Shown here one piece after another: positions 1 to 7,808 of a DNA stretch of 12,043 nt. The stretch's first letter is position 1. Every line of letters starts with the position of its first letter. The translations under genes and the position numbers were made by a program. The DNA is taken from the NCBI GenBank assembly GCA_036679645.1, contig JAZDCY010000021.1, forward strand, positions 1 to 12,043. The letters are read 5' to 3'. Origin of the DNA: Gemmatimonadota bacterium. Lineage in GTDB: Bacteria; Gemmatimonadota; Gemmatimonadetes; Gemmatimonadales; GWC2-71-9. The notes under the pieces were generated by a model, which was not told where the DNA came from, did not search any database, and saw nothing but the letters and a program-made list of their open reading frames with translations.

Positions 1-107
1 CCACGCGGCGTCTCCTGGGCGGCGGCAAGGAAGTCCTCGGGGTCCGCTTCGTGGGCGTCCTGGATTGTGGTGACGTACCGGGTGTTGGTGCGCGCGGCGT
101 CGCTCAT
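1..107 (-). CDS. Partial CDS (N-terminus) running off the left edge, hypothetical protein
   Basis: ATG at 107-105 opens a frame (MSDAARTNTRYVTTIQDAHEADPEDFLAAAQETPR...) with GC-rich third positions and no stop before the edge. It is divergent from the hydrolase. Too short to assign a function, and the start is uncertain. Confidence 0.35.
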   Translation of the reverse strand, partial: MSDAARTNTRYVTTIQDAHEADPEDFLAAAQETPR

Positions 108-266
108 CGGGGGCTCGTCGGGGCGTCGGGACCGGCGCTGTGCTGCCACTCGGAATGCATTGGCATTGCAGAATATACACGCGTGTTCGGGAGACGTCTT
201 GTGACCGCCGAAGGTGGCGATTCAGACATGTGTTAGCTTGGTCGGACTGATATACGAAGGGGATCG

Positions 267-1109
267 ATGACAGCACCGCGACTGACGTTTCCCGGAGCGA
301 TGGGCCAACCGCTGGCCGCCCGGCTCGAGATGCCACCCGACACCCGTCCCCGCGCCTATGCGCTCTTTGCGCACTGCTTTACGTGCTCGAAAGACATCAA
401 GGCCGCGGTGCACATTGCGCGGGAACTCACGCGGTACGGAATCGCGGTCCTGCGCTTCGACTTCACCGGACTGGGAGAGAGTGCGGGTGATTTTGCCGAT
501 ACCAGCTTCTCTTCGAACATCGACGATCTGGTCGCGGCCTGCGGATTCCTCACCAAGGAGTACGCACCTCCCAGCGTGCTCATTGGCCACTCGCTGGGTG
601 GGGCTGCCGTACTACACGCGGCCGCCCAACTCCCGGAGGTGCGGGCGGTGGCGACGATCGGTGCGCCCTTCGACCCGGCGCATGTGAAGCACCTGTTCGT
701 CCACTCGGAGGAGGAGATCCGTGAAGCCGGACACGCGACCGTCTCGATCGGCGGTCGGCCATTCATGGTGCGGAGTGCGTTTCTCGACGATCTCGAAGGA
801 GCGCGTTCCGAGCGGGTGATTGCCGATCTCAAGCGGGCCCTTCTCGTCATGCACTCTCCCGTCGATACGACGGTCGGGATAGAGAACGCCGCTCGCATCT
901 ACGAGGCCGCAAAGCATCCCAAGAGTTTCATCTCCTTGGACACTGCCGATCATCTTCTCACGCGGGAACGGGACGCGTGCTACGCGGCGGTGGTCCTTGG
1001 TGCATGGGTCAGTCGTTACGTCCCGCCCGTTCCGTCCCCGAGCGTCGAGTCGCTGCGTGGAGAACATCGTGCGGCGGCGGACCAGGAAAAACGTCAGGGG
1101 GCACGGTGA
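267..1109 (+). CDS. Alpha/beta hydrolase (N-terminal-domain type of the bifunctional hydrolase/OsmC family), lacking the OsmC domain
   Basis: Family motifs YALFAHCFTCSKD and GIAVLRFDFTGLGESAGDF. Nucleophile elbow GHSLGG, acid in LLVMHSPVD, His in HPKSFISLDTADHLL. SD-like GAAGGGG just upstream of the ATG. Confidence 0.9.
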   Translation: MTAPRLTFPGAMGQPLAARLEMPPDTRPRAYALFAHCFTCSKDIKAAVHIARELTRYGIAVLRFDFTGLGESAGDFADTSFSSNIDDLVAACGFLTKEYAPPSVLIGHSLGGAAVLHAAAQLPEVRAVATIGAPFDPAHVKHLFVHSEEEIREAGHATVSIGGRPFMVRSAFLDDLEGARSERVIADLKRALLVMHSPVDTTVGIENAARIYEAAKHPKSFISLDTADHLLTRERDACYAAVVLGAWVSRYVPPVPSPSVESLRGEHRAAADQEKRQGAR

Positions 1110-1387
1110 AGCGTCGCGGCATCACGTGGATCGTCGTCATAGGAATCGTCGTCATGCTGGCGTACCTCGTGTACGGCAGCACTCGGCTGGTACAGGCTGA
1201 ATGCGAGTTGTGCGTCGAATTCCGTGGGCAGACGCAATGCCGTCGCGGAACGGGGACGAACGACGCGGAGGCGCGACGGGCAGCCCACCGCTCGGCGTGC
1301 GCCGTGATGGCACCGGGCATGGATGCATCGATCGCCTGTCAGAACACACAACCGCGCTCGGTTCAGTGCCCGGCCCCTGCGCGGTAG
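1106..1387 (+). CDS. Small (93 aa) membrane-anchored, six-cysteine hypothetical protein
   Basis: GTG start at 1106 overlaps the hydrolase TGA (GTGA), so the ORF-track start at 977 is unlikely. MKRR is followed by hydrophobic ITWIVVIGIVVMLAYLVYG, then CELC...C...C...C...C. Confidence 0.75.
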   Translation: MKRRGITWIVVIGIVVMLAYLVYGSTRLVQAECELCVEFRGQTQCRRGTGTNDAEARRAAHRSACAVMAPGMDASIACQNTQPRSVQCPAPAR

Positions 1388-1395
1388 CAACAACG

Positions 1396-1447
1396 AGCGA
1401 GCGGTGTGCGGAAGGTCCGAATCATGACCCCCCACGCACCGCTCGCT
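1396..1447. terminator. GC-rich stem-loop between convergent genes (possible bidirectional terminator or RNA-stabilising element)
   Basis: AGCGAGCGGTG (1396-1406) is the exact reverse complement of CACCGCTCGCT (1437-1447). The stem extends imperfectly inward, with an inner GGTC/GACC pair. No U-tract on either side. Confidence 0.5.
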
Positions 1448-1461
1448 GTCCTGCCTCTTCT

Positions 1462-1496
1462 ACCGCTTACTGCTCACCGCTCACTGCTCACCTACT
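1462..1496. repeat. Heptamer tandem repeat (ACYGCTY x4 plus one degenerate copy)
   Basis: accgctt-actgctc-accgctc-actgctc-acctact, abutting the SusD stop codon. Confidence 0.7.
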
Positions 1497-2898
1497 AGCA
1501 TCCGGTAGCCGGCGCGTTCGCCACCCGAGCATCACACTCCGATACCGGAAACGGGAACCTCACGTGTACGGCGTGACTGGGCAGGTCCACCGGTAGCTGA
1601 TCCAGCCGGCCGTAGTGCCGGGCGTCCAGCCACGAGAAGCCACCCTCCCACAGCAGTGAGTAGCGCTTGTTGTAGAGCAACTCGTCGAGCTGCTCGGTGG
1701 GAGTAAGCGCCGCCCACGCAGCCACCGTGATCGGATCCAATCCTCCAGCGGTCGTACGGATGAGGTTGATGTCGGCGAGCGCGGCGGCGGGCGTGCCGTT
1801 TCCGATATTCGCTTCCGCCCGCAGAAGGATCAGCTCCTCGTTCCGGATGATGGGAACGGGCGCAGACAGGCTCGAGTAGACCGTGAAACCGTAGATCGTG
1901 TTGATATCCTGCACGGTCACCGTGTCGTCGAGCACCTTCACTTTCGACGTGAACCGATCGTCGAGTTCACCGTCGCCCCTGAGTTGCGCGTTGTCCGCAA
2001 GATCTGGGTGTCCGAAGAGGTCCGACGGATTCGGGTCGAACAACCGGTTGGGCTGATCGCCGGATCCGGTGCTGAACGAATGGAAGACCCCCATGGTGAG
2101 CGAACCCGCGGGGTCGATGAACGACCCGCCCAGCGCGGTGAGCGCGTCTCCCCACTTGTCCTGATAGACCGACACTCGCGCCCGTAGGGCCCGGTTAAAG
2201 GTGAGGAAGCTTGCTGGATCGTCGAATCCGGCAAAGCCGCTCGTGAGGGCAAATCCGCTAGCGAAGGTCGCTCCGGCAGCTCCCAAGTCCGTCGCCGCAT
2301 CGTCCAGCAAAGTCTCGATATGCGTGAAGACTTCCGCCTTCGAGGCAATTGCGGCCGGCGGATCCAGCGCATCGAGACCTACGTCTACTTCGATTGGCGC
2401 ACCGTTGTCATCCCGCGTGTTGATCACGATCAGGAAGTCCAGTGCCTGGATCGTCCTGGCAAAGCCGTTCAATCCGGCCACTTCCTCCGCGGTGAACCCG
2501 ATATCGGTGCCGTTTTCCAGCGCGTTCAGTACGATGTTCGCGTTCCGGATATTGCGGTACGGATTGGTCCACAGGTTGCCGCCAAACGCCGGGCTTCCGC
2601 CGTCGAGCGGACCGATCAGCATCTCGGTAACGAACCGCGGATCGGCCGCGTCGAAGTTGTAGCCCTCACGCCCGATGATACCGAGCAGCGCAACATAGTC
2701 GTTACGGTTGGCGATATCGTCTCGCGTGCCGAACAGGAGACCCTGCGCCGCGGTGATGACCGCTCCGCGGCTCGGGTTGGTCTGCAACTCGTTCAGATCG
2801 CCGTTGTTGAAGTCGCCGACGTCGAGCGTCGTGCACCCGGCGAAGAGAAGGGCTCCCGCGAGCAGCGAGAGGGCCTTCCGTGTCATGCCTTTCGTCAT
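1495..2898 (-). CDS. RagB/SusD family nutrient-uptake outer-membrane lipoprotein
   Basis: Signal peptide with lipobox (MTKGMTRKALSLLAGALLFAG-C). SusD C-terminal motifs PIIRNEELILLRAEA and ELLYNKRYSLLWEGGFSWLDAR. Lies directly downstream of SusC. Start placed at ATG 2898 after GAGGGA; ATG 2886 is an alternative. Confidence 0.92.
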   Translation of the reverse strand: MTKGMTRKALSLLAGALLFAGCTTLDVGDFNNGDLNELQTNPSRGAVITAAQGLLFGTRDDIANRNDYVALLGIIGREGYNFDAADPRFVTEMLIGPLDGGSPAFGGNLWTNPYRNIRNANIVLNALENGTDIGFTAEEVAGLNGFARTIQALDFLIVINTRDDNGAPIEVDVGLDALDPPAAIASKAEVFTHIETLLDDAATDLGAAGATFASGFALTSGFAGFDDPASFLTFNRALRARVSVYQDKWGDALTALGGSFIDPAGSLTMGVFHSFSTGSGDQPNRLFDPNPSDLFGHPDLADNAQLRGDGELDDRFTSKVKVLDDTVTVQDINTIYGFTVYSSLSAPVPIIRNEELILLRAEANIGNGTPAAALADINLIRTTAGGLDPITVAAWAALTPTEQLDELLYNKRYSLLWEGGFSWLDARHYGRLDQLPVDLPSHAVHVRFPFPVSECDARVANAPATGC

Positions 2899-2927
2899 GA
2901 TTTCATCCCTCGTGTGCCACAGCACGG

Positions 2928-5867
2928 TTAGAGCCCCAAATCGATTGAGAACCACCAGCTTCGACTCGGCGGGAACGGCGCCACATCGATGTTTCGGGCA
3001 ATGTTCTGATTGCCGAAATTACTGACCTCGGGATCGTGCCCCGAATAGCCACTCGCCGTGAACAGGTTCCGCCCGCTGATCGAGACCCGCGCGAATCGCG
3101 CCCCGCCAAACAGGCCCTGGGTGATACTCTGCGGTAGATCGTAGGAGATGGTGAGCTCGCGCAGCTTCAGGAAGGTGGCATCCTCGATGTAGAGACCCGC
3201 CTGGCTTCCAAAGCCGGCCAAACGGCGCTCCCCGCGCAGCTGCCCATCCGCTTCGACCACATCGTAGTCAAACGTATTCGCGCCGAAATCGTAGAGCAGT
3301 TTCGTCAGGTTGATGATGTCTCCACCCTGCTGCCAATCGAAATGAGTGAAAAAATGGAACGAGCCGAACTGGATGTCGTTGATGAACCCGACCTTGAAGT
3401 CGGGATTCGCGTCACCCAACGGCACGACGACCACATCTCCTGCGGCGGTCGTGTCGTTACCCACAATCTGCGATGCGGATTTGCCCGGCTCGACGCGGAA
3501 CGCGCCCAGCGACGTGCCGAATCCGCCGGTGAGGAATGGCGGAACGTCCGGCGGCAGCGAAGTGATCTGACTGCGGTTCAACCCGAAAGTGGTGCGGAAC
3601 ACCCAGCTGAAGTCCGCCCGCTGCACCGGCACGATGGCCAGGGCGACCTCGAGACCGTTCACCCGCATGCTGCCGCCGTTGAAGATGTTTGTCGCAAACC
3701 CGGTCGACGGCGCTACCGCGCGCTGGAGCAGCAGGTCCGAAATGCTCTTGTGGTAGGCCGTCAACTCGAGCGTCGCACGGTTGTTGGCGAACGTCACATC
3801 GACACCGCCCTCAATCTCGCTCTGCCGCTCGGGCTGGAGATCTTCCGCTCCGACCGTGCCCTGCACCACCAGCGTCGGCAGACCCTCGATGTTCTGGCGC
3901 GGCGAGACCGGTGTGAATTTCTGCCCGTACAGCGGCTGGTTACCCGACTGGCCGTAGGCTATGCGGACCTTCAGGCCATCGCCGAGCCGATAGGACGAAG
4001 CGAGCTTGGGGTAGAAGAACAGCTCATCCGGATCGCCGTTGTTGGAACTCTGGTCACCGCGGATTCCGGCCGTGAGGAGCAGCCGGTCCTGCATGGTGAG
4101 CACCTCTTCCTGGACGTAGAAGCCGAGATCCTCAACCCGCAGCCGCAGCTCCGTGACGCCAATGTTGGTTCCGGCATTCACGATTCCCAGGCCGCCCGAG
4201 AGGTTGTTACTGACGATACGGGCGGTCCGCAGGTCACGCGTCTCGTACTGGAGACCGGCGGATGTCGTTGCCGAAAACGCGCCATCCTCGGGCGTGAATT
4301 GGTAGACGATATTCCCGCTCAGGTTGATGTTCAGGTTATTGGAGTTACTCAGGAGTGATGTCCCGGGCTGCCCACCAATACGCTCGAACTGCAGCTCGGG
4401 CGGGAAAAGCAGCGAGTTCTCCTGTGTGAAATAGTCCGCACCGGCCACCCCGATCACCCGGAGCCAATGGCGGGCATTACGCACCGCATCGTACTCGAGA
4501 CGCGCACTCCCGAACAGGCGGTAGACGTCCTCATCGTTCGTCATGAGCGCCGCCGTCTGGAGCGGGTTGCTCTCGATAAAAGGATTGTCCGGGAAGAAGC
4601 CCTGCGCGTCGGGGCGGAGATCGACAAAATTGGGCGTGAACGGGTACACCATGAACCAGCTCACACCGGCATTGTCGTTGTTGCTGAGCCCGCGGTTTGC
4701 CAACGTATGCGTGATGTTCGTCCCGAGTGAGAGGTTCCACCGGTCGCCGAACCGCTGGTCGAGGTTCACGCGCAGGCTCTGCCGCTCGAAGCCGGTATTC
4801 TCGACGATGCCCGCGTCGTCCTTCCATACTCCCGACACGAAATACCGCGTGTTCTCTGAACCGCCACTGATGCTGGCAGCCGTCTCGAACGACAGGTCAC
4901 TCTGACCGGCGAGCAGATCTTCCAGATCGAAGGAAACGCCAGGCGTATAGGAGTCGGCCGCGGAGGGCCCAAAGGCGTCGATCGCCTCCTGCTCGGTCTC
5001 GAACACGCGTGAGCCGATCTTGTTCGACAGACTGTAGAAGCCAAACCGCTGCGAGAAGTTGATCTGAGGCCGGCCCACGCTCCCGCGGCGCGTGTTGATG
5101 ATGACCACGCCGTTCGAGGCCTTGGAGCCATAGATTGCCGATGCCGCCGCACCCTTGAGGACCTCGATGCTCTCTATGTCGTAGGGATTGAGGTCGGCGA
5201 TCCGGTTGACCTGCGCGTCCTGGGTGAGCGCCGGGTTCGACCCGCCGCTCGCCCGCGTGACCGCGTTCTGGTTGGACGGAATCGCCACGTCACTGATGAT
5301 GATCCCGTCTACGACATAAAGCGGTGTCGAGGCACCGATGATCGATGTCACACCCCGCAGTTGGATCTGTGCCCCGCCGCCAGGAGCGCCCGAGTTGGTT
5401 TGGATATCAGCGCCCGGCACCTTGCCCTGGAGAGCGTGCTCGATGCTCTGCGCCGGCACCCGCTCGATGTCAGCGCGGCGCACCGTCGAGACCGCGTTGG
5501 CCAGATTGCGCCGCCGAATGCCGGTCGCCTGGCCGGTTACCACGATCTCCTCGAGCCTGAACACGTCCCGCCGGAGCCGAACCTGTACCACGTTCTGCCC
5601 AACACCGACGCGCACCTCGTGGCGTTGGAAGCCTATGCTCGTGATGACGAGCACGACATCGCGGGCCGGAGCGCCGATAGAGAACGTCCCATCGCGAATG
5701 ATGGGGGCCTCGAGCGTCGTGCCCTGCACCACGACGCGGCCGCCCGCGATCGGAGCGCCCGAGAGGCTATCCGTCACCTGGCCCGTAATGATCCGGGCCT
5801 GGGCGGATGCCTCGCCGACGCCCGCTGCGAAGAGCAGCACGGCGATAAACAGAAAACCTCGCTTCAT
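2928..5867 (-). CDS. SusC/RagA family TonB-dependent outer-membrane transporter
   Basis: Signal peptide ending ASA-Q, then an N-terminal CarboxypepD_reg-like domain and TonB box-like EEIVVTG. Plug motifs PLYVVDG and DLNPYDIESIEVLKGAAASAIYGSKASNGVVIINTRRG, later LQPE motif, terminal beta-strand WWFSIDLGL. Strong SD GAGGAGG. Confidence 0.96.
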   Translation of the reverse strand: MKRGFLFIAVLLFAAGVGEASAQARIITGQVTDSLSGAPIAGGRVVVQGTTLEAPIIRDGTFSIGAPARDVVLVITSIGFQRHEVRVGVGQNVVQVRLRRDVFRLEEIVVTGQATGIRRRNLANAVSTVRRADIERVPAQSIEHALQGKVPGADIQTNSGAPGGGAQIQLRGVTSIIGASTPLYVVDGIIISDVAIPSNQNAVTRASGGSNPALTQDAQVNRIADLNPYDIESIEVLKGAAASAIYGSKASNGVVIINTRRGSVGRPQINFSQRFGFYSLSNKIGSRVFETEQEAIDAFGPSAADSYTPGVSFDLEDLLAGQSDLSFETAASISGGSENTRYFVSGVWKDDAGIVENTGFERQSLRVNLDQRFGDRWNLSLGTNITHTLANRGLSNNDNAGVSWFMVYPFTPNFVDLRPDAQGFFPDNPFIESNPLQTAALMTNDEDVYRLFGSARLEYDAVRNARHWLRVIGVAGADYFTQENSLLFPPELQFERIGGQPGTSLLSNSNNLNINLSGNIVYQFTPEDGAFSATTSAGLQYETRDLRTARIVSNNLSGGLGIVNAGTNIGVTELRLRVEDLGFYVQEEVLTMQDRLLLTAGIRGDQSSNNGDPDELFFYPKLASSYRLGDGLKVRIAYGQSGNQPLYGQKFTPVSPRQNIEGLPTLVVQGTVGAEDLQPERQSEIEGGVDVTFANNRATLELTAYHKSISDLLLQRAVAPSTGFATNIFNGGSMRVNGLEVALAIVPVQRADFSWVFRTTFGLNRSQITSLPPDVPPFLTGGFGTSLGAFRVEPGKSASQIVGNDTTAAGDVVVVPLGDANPDFKVGFINDIQFGSFHFFTHFDWQQGGDIINLTKLLYDFGANTFDYDVVEADGQLRGERRLAGFGSQAGLYIEDATFLKLRELTISYDLPQSITQGLFGGARFARVSISGRNLFTASGYSGHDPEVSNFGNQNIARNIDVAPFPPSRSWWFSIDLGL

Positions 5868-6127
5868 GGTCCCTCCTCAGGTCGAGCGAAAGTGCGAGTC
5901 CGGAGGCGGGGAACGCCGGTGGCGATTGCATCAATTGCATATGGCGTCCCTGACACCGCACGCACCGACTGCTAGCGGAGCAACGTCGAAGGACGCACCT
6001 AAAGAGACGATGAAGTAAAGATGAACTTTGAGGAGTAATCCGCTCGTGTATTGCCTATGTGAACAACAATGTCGCCGTTTCGAGGATTACAGTTGAAAAA
6101 CGCGAGGGGGTCGGCGGAACGGTTGGG

Positions 6128-6769
6128 TCAGCGGCCTAATCTGATGCCGAGCGCTATTTGCTCGACGGTTTCGCGGCGGGTCCCACCGCCAAGCTCCGCG
6201 TGTTCTGTTCGGTAGCGGAGGAGGAAGCCCACGGGTGCGCCCGAGAGGCGGATCTCCAGGCCGCCGTCGAGTCCGTATCCACTGTCGAGTGCTTCTGCCA
6301 CATTGAGATCGGCGCCGAGTACGCGCCACCCCTCCAGATATCCGGTCACGGCCGGCAACAGCGCGGCGCCCAAACGGAGACGCCCCTCCCACATCAACCA
6401 ACGCTCCGTGCCGCTCGGCTCCACGTACGCTCGCACGTGCGGCCCCACGCCGAAGGAGATCCATCGAGCGGGTTGCACGACGACAAACGCCTCTCCTTCT
6501 ACGAAATCCTGATCGATGAGAGGGCTGTCGCCGGTGAGGTGTCCCTGGTGATACCGCAGGATCAGCGATACGGACTGAACCCGTACCCGGCCCTCGATTC
6601 CAAATGCGGCCCCGGTCGCCGTGGCTGTCGTCCCGGACTCACGCGTCAGGCGCAGCGACATCGCGGTGGCGCCGACTTCGAAGGTCTGGGTTGTCGCGGA
6701 CCGCGGCGTCAGCAGCGCGATTACCCCAACCAGTGCGACGATGCATGCGGTCCGGCCGCTAGCGATCAC
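6128..6769 (-). CDS. Hypothetical secreted protein, probable small outer-membrane beta-barrel
   Basis: N-terminal signal peptide followed by many alternating amphipathic strands (FGIEGRVRV, ISFGVGPHVRAY, VTGYLEGWR, GYGLDGGLEIRL, QIALGIRLGR). GTG start overlaps the upstream stop by 11 nt. Confidence 0.7.
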   Translation of the reverse strand: MIASGRTACIVALVGVIALLTPRSATTQTFEVGATAMSLRLTRESGTTATATGAAFGIEGRVRVQSVSLILRYHQGHLTGDSPLIDQDFVEGEAFVVVQPARWISFGVGPHVRAYVEPSGTERWLMWEGRLRLGAALLPAVTGYLEGWRVLGADLNVAEALDSGYGLDGGLEIRLSGAPVGFLLRYRTEHAELGGGTRRETVEQIALGIRLGR

Positions 6770-7808
6770 GATCGATGATCTGCACTGGTTCGCTCTGGAT
6801 GGTCACGCTCGCCTGCTCGCGACGGAGCCGATTCTCCTCCATCACAGCCTGAACCCGCAGGCGCCACGCGGAGCGCACGGCCTCATTGGCCACAACGTTG
6901 TCGGGAATTGATTTGCCGGGGCGCTGCTGCAGGAATCCGACGAACCCGACAATTGCGACCGCTCCACCCACGCCAAACCGTGCGGCGGTCAACTCTGCCC
7001 CGCTTGCCAAACTGGACGAGAGTCCGACGACCGCGGCGCCGATGCCGATGCCCCCGATGAGCGCCTCGAGGCCGGCGCCGCTCCCTAGTCGCTCGGGGAG
7101 GAGGGCCCCGGGGTCAGGTCCCGGAGGATGGGGTAACGTATCTTGCGGAATGACGACGACGTCGAGTGGGACCCGGACGAGCCGTACTACAGCGCCCGAG
7201 GCACCGGTTGTCTGCACGGCCAGAACGTACCGCCCGCTCGGTACCAGAGTCCCGTCGGGGCGGCGGGCGTCCCATTCGAGCCGCAGACTGTCGCTGATTG
7301 GGCCGTCGTACACTGTGCGCACGACCGTTCCACCTGGCTGCTGGATACTCGCCATCACCTGTGAGAACGAACTCACGATCACCCAGGGCCGAAATCCCGA
7401 AGCACCGGGGGTAAACTCAGATATTCCCGGTACGTCAACGAGCGCGACCTTGGTCGTGAGACGAACGGATTCAAAGACGTCGGCGACCTCGGGCGGGAAA
7501 ACCAGCGGGTCGAGCCGTCGGCGCGGGTCGTGGCGTACCAATTGGCGGAACGCAGCGCGGGATGAATCCGAGTTACCGCGGATGACTTCGGTGGCCCCGA
7601 GATACGTCAGGGCTCGTGCATAGTCGCGGAACCCGAGGGAATCGGCGCCCGCGGCTAGTCCTCGGCGGAGCAGACCGGCGGCAGCGGAGAGTTCCAGGTT
7701 CTCGTAGGCGCTGACGCCAGAGGCAACGAGATCTGAGGCGCTCTGTGCGTGGGCCGGTGCCCCCGCGACGCCGAGCGCGACCGCGGCGAGCAGGCCGCGT
7801 CGCGTCAC
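6759..7808 (-). CDS. Secreted/membrane protein: TPR-like helices + FlgD-type Ig-like domain + Gly-rich hydrophobic hairpin
   Basis: Signal peptide (MTRRGLLAAVALGVAGAPAHA-Q). TPR-like ARALTYLGA...SRAAFRQLVRHDP...LDPLVFPPEV. FlgD_ig-like signature VVRTV...LEWDARRPDGTLVPSGRYVLAV. Two Gly-rich hydrophobic segments near the C-terminus. GTGA overlap with the kinase stop. Confidence 0.8.
   Translation of the reverse strand: MTRRGLLAAVALGVAGAPAHAQSASDLVASGVSAYENLELSAAAGLLRRGLAAGADSLGFRDYARALTYLGATEVIRGNSDSSRAAFRQLVRHDPRRRLDPLVFPPEVADVFESVRLTTKVALVDVPGISEFTPGASGFRPWVIVSSFSQVMASIQQPGGTVVRTVYDGPISDSLRLEWDARRPDGTLVPSGRYVLAVQTTGASGAVVRLVRVPLDVVVIPQDTLPHPPGPDPGALLPERLGSGAGLEALIGGIGIGAAVVGLSSSLASGAELTAARFGVGGAVAIVGFVGFLQQRPGKSIPDNVVANEAVRSAWRLRVQAVMEENRLRREQASVTIQSEPVQIIDRDR

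Noticed and set aside
977..1105. ORF-track N-terminal extension of the small Cys-rich protein
   Set aside because: Lies inside the hydrolase gene. The GTGA-coupled start at 1106 gives a clean basic-then-hydrophobic N-terminus.
2899..2955. ORF-track N-terminal extension of SusD
   Set aside because: Overlaps the SusC end. The SD and lipoprotein signal fit a start at 2898 or 2886.
5920..5940. Sigma-54-like TGGC...TTGCA
   Set aside because: GG-to-GC spacing does not match the required 10 nt, and it is on the strand opposite to SusC.
1984..6018. Long + strand ORFs opposite SusC/SusD (e.g. 2320-2931, 3342-4358, 5338-6018, 5361-5975)
   Set aside because: Antisense shadow ORFs expected in high-GC DNA. 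They show no recognisable motifs and overlap confident genes.
7746..7808. Tat signal in MTRRGLL of the TPR/FlgD protein
   Set aside because: A twin Arg is present, but the n-region is very short and RRxFL is imperfect. It cannot be told from a Sec signal without a predictor.
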